From the NCBI GenBank assembly GCA_036172245.1, contig JAYWIR010000011.1, forward strand, positions 496,001 to 560,000: 64,000 bases of DNA, in the 5' to 3' direction. The notes under the pieces are model-generated. The model saw only the letters and a program-made list of their open reading frames with translations, was not told where the DNA came from and ran no database searches. Origin of the DNA: Raillietiella orientalis (taxonomy: Eukaryota). Of this stretch, positions 1-11,544 are shown piece by piece; position 1 is the first letter of the stretch; every line of letters starts with the position of its first letter. The position numbers and the translations under genes are program-made.

Positions 1-560
1 CATGTTCTCCCTAAAGTGTCAGGACTTGGCATGGTGACTGCTGTCTTGGGCGCGCCTTGACCACTGCACCGAGGGAAGTGCGGCTACAGACTGTGAGAGG
101 TGAGGTGCAAGGGAAACCTGTGCTTGCTTTCTGAGTGTGCTGCCCTCCGGAGTGCTATGCAACCTCTGGCTGCGTCCCTGGACCGAACGAGAGACAACAG
201 AAAAAAATCTCCTGGGAAGCCTCTTCACTCGTGGCGGAATGTCGCTTGCGGCGGAAATCGCAGATTTGTGCTGCTGCCTCCGTGAGAAGCCACGATGAAA
301 TGCCATGGAAACAGAGACGCCATTCCTCATCATCTTCGCTTTCCCGAGAATGACGATGTCATGACTGCACCGGAGACATAACAAACAAGGAGGAAGTTGC
401 CGAGATACTGTCAAGGATCCTAAAGATACTCCAAGGAGGTGTCGATGATCCCTTTCTTTCCTCCAAAACTTTTAGAAACATTTTGTGTTTTCGTTGTTTA
501 TTTTGCACTATTGTTTACTCCCCACCTTTATTCTTCATGTGCAAACCTCTGTCGGCAAAC
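1..560 (+). mobile_element. Degenerate 3' end of L1/Tx1-like non-LTR retrotransposon (family A)
   Basis: Broken translation (FSLKCQDLAW, LSECAALRS) aligns to FPLKWQETAL and LVDCAALRP of the copy at 8280-10240; followed by TGATCCC and the T-rich 3' UTR typical of the family. Confidence 0.7.
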
Positions 561-889
561 TTCATCGGGAGGCCGCCGGCTTTATCCACCGCCGGGGCCA
601 CGCCCGAATGACTCGGCCAACCAGCGCCGTTGCAGGAGAAACTCGGAAACGACGCAATGGCGTCAAGTTATCTGCCGAAGTATTCGAACCCGCGACGCAT
701 GGTGCCACGCACGGAAGCCTTAACCACAAAGCCTCCGACGCGGGCATTCTTTTTTGCATCGGCAGTTTAATTAGAAGGATGTTTTTTTTTGTTTTGTTTT
801 TTTTTGTTTTTGTTTTGTTTTTTTTAGAATGAACGACTTGATGTCGCCGTAGGGACTGCAGAGTTTCAGCCAAGAGAGTGGCGGCTTCT

Positions 890-1900
890 CAGACCCACAT
901 CTTGTGGTCCCTTCTCACTTCCAACAAGGCGACTTTTCCCAGGCTGTGGATGGAGCAAATCAAGATCTTCGTGGCATGAGTTTAGTGCCCACTGTCTCTT
1001 GCCTTCATGCGTTGTAGTTTGTAGGGTGGAAGGAAAGCCATTGATTTTCTTCCCACAAGGAGATCTGCCTTAGTGGGAACCCAAGTGGCTTCGTGCGGTC
1101 TCGGTTGCGAGGTTGTCTCGGTAGCCCATTGCGGGCCTCAGACTTTCGCACACAGGAAGGCCATCAAGGCCATCGTATTGAAATGGAGCTATCGTCTCAT
1201 CTTCTTCAGTGTTAGGATGCCGAGTCCTTCCACCCTTCATGGGACAATGAGATTTCTGACGCGAACCTTCGTTCTTGTGGAGACTCATAGTTCTTTTCGC
1301 AAGAGTCCGTCCGTTTTGCGCCTTTCCTCGTACGGAGGGACGAAGGGTTCGTATGATTCTTTTATAAAGAAAATGTTGTTTCATCTCCATATGGATCTTT
1401 TGTCCCAAAGCAGAGCACTTGCGAGGATTGACTACGAAGCCAGCCTCTGTACATAATACCTTGAGCATTTCACGGGGCAATAGCAGTCCATCTTGAGGTT
1501 CCAACAAGAGCACTAAGTCAGTTGCGTGAGTTAAGATGAGATCTCTCAGGAAAAACCGCTCCAGCTTTCATAAAATGAGTTCACTTCCAGCAAGGATATT
1601 GAAAACCCTGCACCACCCCTCTTATCAGTGGAGTGTTCCATGTGGGTTCGAACCTAGAGTACACTCAAGTTACCCACTCCTGAATAGAAGTCTCCAGTTA
1701 GGGAAACGACGGTCTTGCACCATCTCCACTCTCTCTCAGTGTTTCTAGCAAAAGTGCGTGAGAGACTGATCCCAAGACATCCTCCAAAGCAATAAACACT
1801 ACATAGATGTCCTTGGATTTTATCTTCACTTCATATAGCTTATTCTGGAGATGAAGTTCTCAAGAATCTCGTTGAAGAGGGGAAATACACTACAGAGGGT
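890..1900 (-). mobile_element. Degenerate non-LTR retrotransposon ORF2 C-terminal remnant
   Basis: Remnants EGWCRVFNI (like EGGLG) and a decayed Zn-knuckle (HCP...ETIAPF); many stops; boundaries approximate. Confidence 0.45.
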
Positions 1901-2641
1901 GCGCTTGCGAAACGTCTGCTCTTCTCCGTTGTGACCGGGTGAAAAAGCAGAGACTACGACCTAAGCGGATTGCATGTTTGTTGCTTCATGTTATTCTGAA
2001 AGTTCAATTCCAGAAGAGCCATATATTGTGTAGCAACGTGGAACAACTCGCCAAAACAAAATGGGATTCTTAGAAGAAAATTTGTCTCAAAAAAAAAATA
2101 GGTCTTGAAAATACTACGCAGCATTTGATACGGCGTTACATGCTTGCGTAATGTCTAATTTGAAAAAGAATGAACATTAACATTTGGTATGAAAAATGGC
2201 AAGCAGTCTTGGTTACCGCTGCATATTTCTGCAATATGATGTAATTCCATAGTGGATCTCCTGCATCGGACTGTTTGGTTTGGTAATCATGCATGTGAAT
2301 GCATAGGCTTGTATGGAGTGGCTATGTTTGTGTAGATTGCTCAGCACAGGTCACCCTAAAGCGTTGATGCGTCCCATGAGGCGGTCTGCATGTACTTTTC
2401 CAATCCGATGAGATTGAATATAGTGTACCTTTACATTCAGTTGGCAAGCAAAGGCTTTCATTTTTCAATACAAATGGAAATTTGTGTGCACGACTCTTGG
2501 TACGTTTGTAGCGTTCGTTGACCAATCGGGTGAAGATGGGCATTAAAGAAAGCATGCCTTTCATGTAAACATTGCTGTGAAATTTGGGTTTTCAAGTGTT
2601 TTGTGAAATGTCTTGAGTTATTAAGAATTTAGCCTGCCAGC

Positions 2642-5600
2642 ATGACCAAATTATATTTAAAGGATGCTGGAGTCAGTTTTGACTTCCCCATCGAAAAAAG
2701 TGTACTGCAGTAAGTATGACCCTTAAAGATTATACCGTTTATATTATGTTTGTTTGATGGTATTCTGTTCTCCAAAACTATAATTCATTTCCGAGTTTAA
2801 GCTGGGATTGCTGATGATTTTACTGATTATTATGCCCTAGTAGTCAAGATCATAACGTGATTTGCTCCGTAGCCTTTAAGGTTTTTCACTTCACAATTGG
2901 GATACTTCATCCCTGAATTGTAGAACTGACAATTTGATTGAATTAATTTTTATGTAATTTCTTAACATAGTGACACTTGTGTTTTTAGCTGCAAGTTTCG
3001 CGTTTCAAAAATCTTGCGAATGCAAAGTTATAAACTTGTGGCACTTGAATGTTCAATCTCTGAAATTTTTTTAGAAGTATAAGTTCACGAAAGGATGAAA
3101 AAGTTGCCATAATTGGAATTGTAGGAAAAACTGATCTATTGTCACATGGATTTAAAGCTGTCAAATTAGAAGAACTTTTTGGAAGGAATGTATTCTATCC
3201 TTGTAACTTAGGTGATATAAAGTTGGATATGTCACTTGGGGTGAGTTAAGTATGGAATAATCTGCAAAGTCGATTCCAGTTTCATATACAAGGTTATTTT
3301 GATCCTTCAACTCACATTGTGGTATTAAATTTCTTCAGCTTCGGGGATACTGTATGCTTGCAAACACTGTTAAAATCCAAAGAAAATGAAATTGCAGAAA
3401 AAGCAAGTAGAATTTAAATGTGTCCTAGGGATGTCATTGTTTGTTTAAATGTCATTGCCTTGTTTTATCTTAGGGATTTTTAAGTGTTTGGTCTGAACTG
3501 AAGTGTGGATATGCCCAAGGATTATTGTATCTTTTCTCCATTTGCCATATTCTTGTTTTTTATCATCCTACATATTGCTTTGATTTAACTTATGTGTCTT
3601 TATTTCGTACTCTTGATATTGTCAGGTAATGTTGGGAGGAATTGGAAAATAAATTTTCTCTCAGACAGAAACTTCTCCCTTCAGTGCTGGAAGTGCTCAA
3701 GATTGTGCCTGGTATATCTAGGGACTGGTTGGCACATGGTCGATTTTGTTCTCCACGAGTGTTGTTTTTCTTCAATACATGTCCAGAGTTGTTGAAGAGT
3801 AAAAATTTGGACAAAGATGATCGTGATGCTGATATGAATTGTTCTAATGCTAAGCATGGTCTTCAGAAACATCCAGTAAAAAAGTTGGAACATACACTGG
3901 AAGACCAAATATATCGCATTTTAAGAAAGAGTCGTGTAATTACCAATATGAGGTCAGTCTCCTGTGCTATTGCTATATTATTCTATTGTATGTTATGAAG
4001 TTCTAATTCTTTATTTGCGATTCCGGTGAACCATGAATTTGTGTTTATAAATACGGAAGAACAGAATGGCCCATGTGAAGTTACTGCTATGCTGCAGCAA
4101 TTAGTGACTCTGTGTCATCCTTTGGACACAGGTAAGAATGCAATGTGCATATGTGTGCATGGTGCTCTAGGAATCTTTCCTAATGTAGATAATAGTCAGA
4201 GCAGCCTGTGCCAAGGTATTTCCTCCATCACTAATGGTGTATTGGGTAGCAAGAAACCACTTGATGATTTGCATAGTACTTATCCAGAAAGGAGTTACAA
4301 GCATTTTCTTAAGCAACATGTAGATTTGGCTTTCAGTAAGGGTTTTGATGACAATGTTGGAAGACACATGGGTCAAATGCTTTTTGAAGTGAGTCTCTCA
4401 CTCTCACTGTCAAGTTACTGGTTGTTTCAGGTCCCTTTGGCATCAACATGGTTTCATGCTGCATCTAAATTATTTGATCTGTTTTTTATGGATAATACAG
4501 AACGAGATCCCAAAGCAAAGCAGGTTCGGATCATAGGAGTAAGCCCTCTGATGCGCTTATGTTCTCAGGCTTTTGCTACTCTCAACAATTTAGTGGATAT
4601 TGATAGACGTTTTAGCAAAAACCGCTGTTCCAAGGTGTTACCACTTGCTATTGCAGCTTATCAAGAAGGTCTTCCGCCTCGTTACACAGCAGAATACCAT
4701 CTATCTAAGGTATATTAGAATGAAATCAAGGGAGCAACTCTGAAAAGTTGTCCCATGCAGTGGCCATGTTTAGTTTCCATGCGAGAGGATCAGCTGCTGA
4801 TGCATATATCATGCAGCTGCGTGAGGAATGTGACCGGCACTGGCGCAATGGGCGTCAGGTTTGTGAAGTGCTTAGCTTGACAGGCAATCTGTGTACCAAT
4901 CCAGTACACCGGTTGCGTTCAACTGAGGACGAGGAAGAAGAATCAGATGAGAAACGGCAAGTAACTGCTGTCCTTACATTTGTTTATTAATATTCTAGGA
5001 ATCTGCCTGAAATGCCCCATTGTAGTGGTGTCAAGTATATCAGCACATGCAATTGTGGACATAAACAGGCATCACGAGATGACCCATTTGATATTCAGGT
5101 GGCCAATGCACAGTTTTATGAACAGTTAGCAGACTCATGTTGTCATGGACTGAAAAGTGTTGCCTTTCCTGTGTTTAAACCAAGTGGGAAGGACTTTAGG
5201 CAAGTTAATAAAGTGCCCAATTTGTTATTTACTCATTTTAGGGCTGCAGAAATGCCACAGGGGAATATTCAGGAGCAACTTGTACATGAATCATCTGATG
5301 GCGCACTTGAAAATGAATGTTTGAGCTTCGGTTGGTACAACTTTCACATAGCAGTTTATTTTTCAGATCAATTTTCAGATCAGTCCTCTGCCAGCAATCT
5401 CTTCATTCATGAAGGAGCAGACAACCTCAGTCCTCCTCCTCTAAGAATAGAAGTGTCCAGCCAGGAAGAAGACAGAGAAGAAAGTGTAAAAGGTTCAGTT
5501 ACCTCAGTTGCTTCATCCGAGGACACATTCTCTAAAGAGGACGAAGTATTGGATGAAAAAGATGTAGAAGTAGCTGAGACCTCCACAGGTAACCTTTGAT

Positions 5601-6523
5601 TAATGGAGGCATACTATGGTTTATTTGCTCATCAGATTTGCAACCATCGACTACCGAATATCTTCCTGGAATGTTGCATTCTGATTGTCCTTCTGGACTC
5701 TTACCTAGATTTTCTTCTTGGTCCTTAGTTTGCTTAGGGCCATCTTCTTTATATTCTCATAGCTCTGGTATTCATGATCAACCAGGTTTCCTAAACGGAA
5801 CCAATTTTCTGCTTCCTTGGGATGTTATTATTAAAGTAGAAAATAAGGAGAAATGGCCAGCCATAGCAGAATCTATGGGCAAAAAGGGCATGTACCTGAA
5901 ACACAAAAAAGGTACAGGGGAGAGTGCTGCGTATCATGTATTGCTCTTTAGATTTGTCTGAGTTCAACATTAAAATTTTTGTGGGTATGGAATATGAGTG
6001 CCCTCGAGGACATCGATTTATGTGCTCAAGCCCTGATAAAGTACTTAAGGCTGGAAGTTCAGGGCTAATCAAAGACAATGCAAGCAAAATCATTAGCAAT
6101 GACATGCCGTTATATTTCTACTGCCCTTGCAGGTAAGTGGCCACTTGAGAGCTACTTATTGTTGTCGTAGAAGTACAAACCCTTGGATTGCTCAGTTGAT
6201 GCGTGTACATGTAGTCACTCCAAAAGCTCCTGTCCACATTACAGTGTTTCCCAAAGTTCAGCCAGCACCAGCTCCTTGTCCTGTGTTTTTGACAGGCATG
6301 CAAGAACCATTAAAACTTTCCCAAAGTACATACTGGATTTTAAGATTTCCGTATCCTTTTTGGAGGTGCGAACTTGAAGTTCTGTTCCTTAGCATATGCC
6401 AGGTTCATTTATTTGGGTCCTCAAGGACCATATCTGCCTCCAAAGAATGAAGATCCAAAGTTCTTTGGAAGGTTATTGAAATCCACTTTTGGGATTACCG
6501 ACATAATTTTGGAAAAATTATAA
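2642..6523 (+). CDS. SMG8: Nonsense-mediated decay factor SMG8 (about 17 exons)
   Basis: Spliced frame from ATG 2642 to TAA 6523; motifs LLYLFSICHIL, LEDQIYRILRKSRVITN, KGFDDNVGR, WRNGRQVCEVLSLTG, STTEYLPGMLHS, FVGMEYECPRGHRF, AQLMRVHVVTPKAPV. Confidence 0.95.
6351..6402 (+). other. U12-type (minor spliceosome) GT-AG intron in SMG8
   Basis: Donor GTATCCTTTT; branch-like TTCCTTAGC at 6385-6393 close to the CAG; removal restores the frame LRFP-FIYLGPQGPYLPP. Confidence 0.8.
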
Positions 6524-7624
6524 TCATTTGGCATGTATGTTTGCATTTTCTGTTTGGTGCTACAAATTTCGTTCATACACCCCAGATTGATATGATGGGT
6601 AGCAAGCAGCCTTTACTGTGTTCAGGTCATTCCCGACTCGGCTGGCAATGGAAGAATATCAAGTAATTTCGATGCATTGCGTCATTCAGCTCGATGAATG
6701 TTCAATATATGCAGAAAAGAGGTCATAATTACGTTTCATCGCAGAGAATAGGAGATTTTGTGACGATGTGCATTCGTTTTGCCACTGCTATCTGTATAGG
6801 AGATAAGTACCAATCATCATGTGAAGGAAATAAAAATTGTCCATCTAACTATGTTGTTTAAGTACAAGAACATAAAGAAAATGATTATTAAAAAGGATTA
6901 AGTACGGACATTGTGCACATCTTTTTTCTTATACCGTATCTTGGTTAGAACTCTTAATTTCTCTTTATTAAGAAAATTACGCATGAATCATCATATAACC
7001 ATTTTAAAAACTAAAGAAAGTGCGTTCTCTATCTGATGAATTATCCATATTCGACTCGCAATTTTCCGTCACTGAAAAAAATTGAGAGAATCACGATTTT
7101 ATGAGCTACCCTCTCATACCCATTACTACTTTCTCATTACTTTTCACCTACAAATCCTCCTACTATCGGGCAGTGTTCTCATAACGGGATTTCTCATTTC
7201 CTAGCAACGCGGATCATTCCACGGGTAAGCTTTCAGCTCGAAACACCCCTCCGGCCCACCGAGTAACGGCGCACCCAAACCACAAACAACACGTGGTATT
7301 GTCAACTGATACATCCTTTCGCAACCCAGCGTCCTTGACGAGTATCTTCTCAATCATGCAACATATGACATGGATCCCTATACGTTGCGCCCCCGGAGCA
7401 AAGCTTTCTATTCATTATCAGGTCAGTGCACAATGCTGGCTGCTACGCCATGTCGGCACAAAGTGTCTCTATGTTTGCTAGCCCAATGTACTTTCATATC
7501 TTTCGTGGGTTGCACTCCTTGCCGCGTGAAAATGCCGCTGAAAGTAACATCTTCTACTCTTGATTGCTCCGAAACCGTCCCTCCGAAGCGGAGGATATTA
7601 TCTGAGGATGGATGCCAATCTGAG

Positions 7625-8280
7625 TTTTTCACCCGGATAAGCCGGGGCGTTTATTTTCAAAATTACACATAATTTGTTATATTTAAATGTAGTCTTTTGG
7701 GCACTGCTTCTTATAGGACACATGGTTCTGGCAGTGTTTTTTTGCTTCTCCTTACCGACCCGCTGGCCGGTGTGGTACTCTCCACGGGCGAAAGGGACGG
7801 GAAAACCAAAAGAAAAAAAAGCTAAAACGCCCGGGAGACAAAGTTGTATGGGGTGGGGAGGGATGGGATGGGATCACTGCTCGCCGGGAGAAGTCCTTGC
7901 CCGCATCCGGTTTCGGATGCGGGCAAGTGCCGGTGGAATTGCCCTTAACCGGCGCCATGGCATGCCTTCTCCATGGAGAGGACTGCCCAATGAATGGCGT
8001 TCCGGCTTCTACGTCCTCTCCTCGATGCATCCCCACTTCTCCAGTATTCCGCATATGCAGCAGAGGACTGCAACACACGCGGCTGCTCGCAGGGCGTTCC
8101 GCATCAGGAGGCGACGGAAAAGGTCGTTTGGGTCGCCAGCCGGAATGTTCAGGATCGACGGCAGTCGATTCCACATGGGGCGGAGGGCGACACAGTCAAC
8201 TAAAAGGTGCGGGAGGGATTCCCACCCCCCACACCTGGCACACTTCCCCGTGTCCCTGTGTCCCGAGGACAGAACGTGTT
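7625..8280 (-). mobile_element. 5'-truncated L1/Tx1-like element, family A
   Basis: LMRNALRAAACVAVLCCICGI matches VRDALPPASALAALCCLRGI; T-rich UTR; terminus AATAAACGCCCCGGCTTATCCGGGTGAAAAA at 7655-7625. Confidence 0.8.
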
Positions 8281-10240
8281 CGGCGTGCCGGTAAGGCGCG
8301 GCATCCGGCAGGGCGACAGCCTGAGTCCCCTGCTCTTTAGCACCTATTTCGAACTGGTGCTGAGAGCATACAAAGTGACATTGGCTGCCCTGCCGAGCTC
8401 GTGCCCAGGTACGCCGGCCGTGTAGGCGTATGCTGACGATCTTCTGCTCCTGCTGCCCATGTCCGCCCCGGCCTCGGCAGTCGAGGATTTCTTCGACTTG
8501 CTGAGCCGTGGAACAGGACTACGGGTGAACAGGACGAAGTCGTCGCTGGTAGCAGTTGGTGCAACGTGGGCAGGACGACCTGATTGGATCCGCCTGGGGA
8601 TCCCCACGGAGAGGTACTTGAAGTACCTCGGCGTTCCGTTGGGGGACTTCTACCAGTCAGAAGCCCGGTCAGGTCGTCTCCAGAAAGTAAAGTCGGCGAT
8701 CGGCCCGTTCCTGGAAGGCAAGTTTCACTTGCCGGAACGGGCCGCGATGTGGAACGCGTTCGCGGCCCCCCTCCTTCGCCCCCTGCTTTTTGTTTGCCCC
8801 GTACCCCGTGAGATGAAAAAAAGAACAAAGGACCTCCTGCGCATCGCCCTGTGGGGCGGCGGGGGGCCTCGTGTGCCGCTGGAGGATTTGTGCGCTCCAC
8901 ATCGGGACGGAGGTCTTAGCGTCCTGACGCTGGAGCGCGTGGAAACACAGCTGCGGTCGCGTACCCTAGCCATCGCGGCGAAGATCTGGAGCACCCCTTG
9001 GTGCGTTCCGGCCCGCCTCCTCGCCAGACGTGTGTCCGGGACTGAAGGACTCGCGTCTTTTCTTCTGTGCCCCGGCCGGAAAATAAGAAGATGCGGACTT
9101 CTCCTGGGACGCATGACCACCCTGGCAAAGGAGAACGGCTGGATGGCCTGCAGCCCCGCCAACTCGAGCGCATGGCTGGAAGAAACAGTTGGAACGTGGG
9201 CAAAGTTAAACCAGCCTAGTGGAGAATCCTGGAACCGCCTGCGTCCCGGCATCTACACCCGCTGCACGCTGCGGAACATGATCGAGTGTCCCACCAGAAG
9301 CACTTGGGCGGAGACGACCCCACTGGCCACGGCGCTGCCCTTCCTACGAAGGGCGCTTCAAAACAGCCGGAAGCCGAGGTGGCAAGTCACCTGCCGGATA
9401 GCGGGCAAGGAGAAGGATTTAAGTGGGTGGACCATGAGGGAACTGGCAGACGCCGCGACCCCAAGCGTTGTCCCGCGAGGAATCCAGAGATGGGGCGAGC
9501 TGCTTGGCATCCCGGTGGATGACCTAAAGTGGCCCCCGTTGTTCAGAGACGCATCCACCTTCCCCCTCAAGTGGCAGGAAACGGCGCTGCTGCTGCTGCA
9601 CTGGGGTCTTCCCTGCGACGCGCGCCCCCCACCACTGGACGTTGGGGAAGGTGGGACAGAACTGTGCAGTGTGCGGGGAGAAGGAATCCCTCCCCCACCT
9701 GTTAGTGGACTGCGCTGCTCTCCGGCCCTTGCGGGAACGTTTTGCTACGACCCTCCGGATGCCGGTCGGCAGCCCCCCCAGAGACGTTGTACGCCTCCCC
9801 TTCGTGCGAGATGCCCTGCCACCAGCCTCAGCCCTGGCAGCGCTCTGCTGCCTCCGAGGGATTGTGGCAGCGTGGAGCGCAGCCAACAGAGGAAGCAGCG
9901 ATAGGGACGCCATCCTACACGTGGGTCGCTACCTGCGAATCGCGATCGGCTGGTCCCATCTGGGAGCAATGCAGAGGGACCTCGAGGGCATCCTGGAAAG
10001 GATGGTCTCTTCCTCCAGAGGGCTGTGATCCCCTCCCGCCCCCCCAAATAGTTTCTTTTTTTTTGTTTGTTTCATTTATTTTTGTTTTTGTTTTACCCCC
10101 TATCCCCTCCGCTGCCGAGGAGAGTCAAGCCGGAGTCAGAACCGGCTTCCTGGCAGGTCCCATGAACTATTGGCTGTAGAGAGGCCTAGTACCGCAAATG
10201 TAAATTGTTTATTAATAAACGCCCTGGCGTGACCCGGTGG
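8281..10240 (+). mobile_element. 5'-truncated L1/Tx1-like non-LTR retrotransposon, family A (best-preserved copy)
   Basis: RT motifs GIRQGDSLSPLLF, YADDL, GLRVNRTKS, KYLGVP; LCAPHRDGGL; Zn-knuckle CAVCGEKESLPHLLVDC; stop at 10028; T-rich UTR; AATAAA plus GC-rich end at 10214-10239; one in-frame stop and a frameshift. Confidence 0.92.
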
Positions 10241-10280
10241 GAACTCCCTGATGTCCAGTGGAAGAGGCGTGCTCTGCGAT

Positions 10281-10450
10281 GCCGCCCGGATACGCCGGGA
10301 CGTTTATTTAAACTCTTGCATGGTCAATACAACACGTGGTACAAGGCCCCACTAACGGTCAGCATCGCGCCGGACCTGACGGGACAGCGGTACGCAGTGC
10401 AGCGTGACTCTCCTCATCAGTAGAAGGGGAAGGGGGAAAAACCAAAAAAG
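10281..10450 (-). mobile_element. Isolated family A LINE 3' UTR and terminus, fused to viral Rep
   Basis: T/C-rich tract followed by AATAAACGTCCCGGCGTATCCGGGC, the same terminal motif as other family A copies. Confidence 0.75.
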
Positions 10451-10894
10451 TGGGTGTTATTCTTGAGAATGTACAGTTCATCGGCACCATTCTCGATAAG
10501 TTGTGGTATCTGGAAAGAAATGTGTTGAATATAATGAATGCAGCAGTTAGCGTACCTGTTCTTCGTAGCTCTTGGCTTCAGCTTGTTCGGAGAGTGCATC
10601 GTAAACCCAAGCATCTTTGTCCTGCTTGGTGCAGTACCTAATGTTGCTCTGAGCAGAGCCTTTGGCTTTTTCCAGATGGCATTTGTGAAACGGTTTCCTG
10701 CGGAGTCCTGGTAGTGTTTTCGGTCCCTTTAGCTGAAAGTATCCCTGTAGGCGCGGTGTGCCAGTTTCAGCTGTTTCTTTGCCAATGCAGGCAAAGATGC
10801 AGTTACAGCGGCACCACTGTTTTATCGCCTTGAAGTCGTCTTCACTGTAGTTACAGAGAGTGAGGCACCAATTGAAAAATGGTGCGTACGGCAT
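10451..10894 (-). pseudogene. rep: Endogenous CRESS virus Rep, copy 1 (HUH endonuclease domain and start of exon 2; truncated)
   Basis: Motif I WCLTLCNY, GKE..ETGTPRLQGY (motif II region), HLEKAKGS, motif III YCTK; GT-AG intron 10555-10510; exon 2 IPQLIENGADELYILKN. Confidence 0.93.
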
Positions 10895-10985
10895 CGTGCG
10901 TGTACTCGGTAATTCACTGGAAGTAAGACTATGGTGCGGATGTAACTGGTGGCTTATGTACTGGCTAACTGCGTAGTTTTGTTGA

Positions 10986-11017
10986 GCGCAGTCTGGTCAG
11001 TATTACCCAGATTGCGC
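10986..11017 (+). promoter_or_regulatory. CRESS rolling-circle origin stem-loop, copy 1
   Basis: GCGCAGTCTGG-T-CAGTATTAC-CCAGATTGCGC: 11-bp stem with one G-T pair and a NANTATTAC nonanucleotide at 10998-11006. Confidence 0.92.
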
Positions 11018-11308
11018 GGCAATCATCCGGCACCGTGGGAAATTGTTGTGTACGTATGTTTATCTATGGTGTTCGGTTTTTGTCCGCCTACGTGGAAGAC
11101 TTGGGAATGCGGAAAAGCGGTTTGCTTTCAGCCGGAGGGCGTCTGGTGAAACCCGACCTCGTGGAAGACTAGAGGAGTCGGGTGGGCGTGGCCCACCAGC
11201 TGAAGTATGAAAGGGAGCGGGGAAAGGAAAATACGTCAGTGGGCTATCTAGTAGGCGAATGTCCACAGCGGGTCGGTTTGCTTCTCGAAAAAGGGAAAGG
11301 TGGATCGA

Positions 11309-11508
11309 ATGGCGTGTTATCGAAGAGGCGTAAGCTGACCAGATTGCGCTGGGGTTACGGAGCATTCGAGGGTCGCCGTCGTTTTCGCGTCGTGCGCAAC
11401 CCACGTCGGAAGTTTGCGAGGGCTTTGCGTGTGGTGGAGCGATCGGGCGTGGCTGGAGCAACGCACTATGCGTCGCGAAGAACGGCTGACCACGATCCAG
11501 TAAACTGA
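11309..11508 (+). pseudogene. Putative CRESS capsid N-terminus, copy 1 (frameshifted, truncated)
   Basis: ATGGCG then Arg-rich KRRKLTRLRW...GRRRFRVVRNPRRKFAR, divergent from rep across the ori; same position as in copy 2. Confidence 0.65.
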
Positions 11509-11544
11509 TCTTGGATGTTTTTGTATAAGGAGGAGGTCGCGTCT

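Noticed and set aside
10451..10894. HUH domain as a Helitron RepHel
   Set aside because: The NANTATTAC stem-loop, divergent capsid-like gene and SF3 (not PIF1) helicase indicate a CRESS virus.
10451..11508. CRESS sequence as contaminating free virus
   Set aside because: Frameshifts, stops and interleaving with decayed LINEs indicate endogenous sequence; read support is still unchecked.
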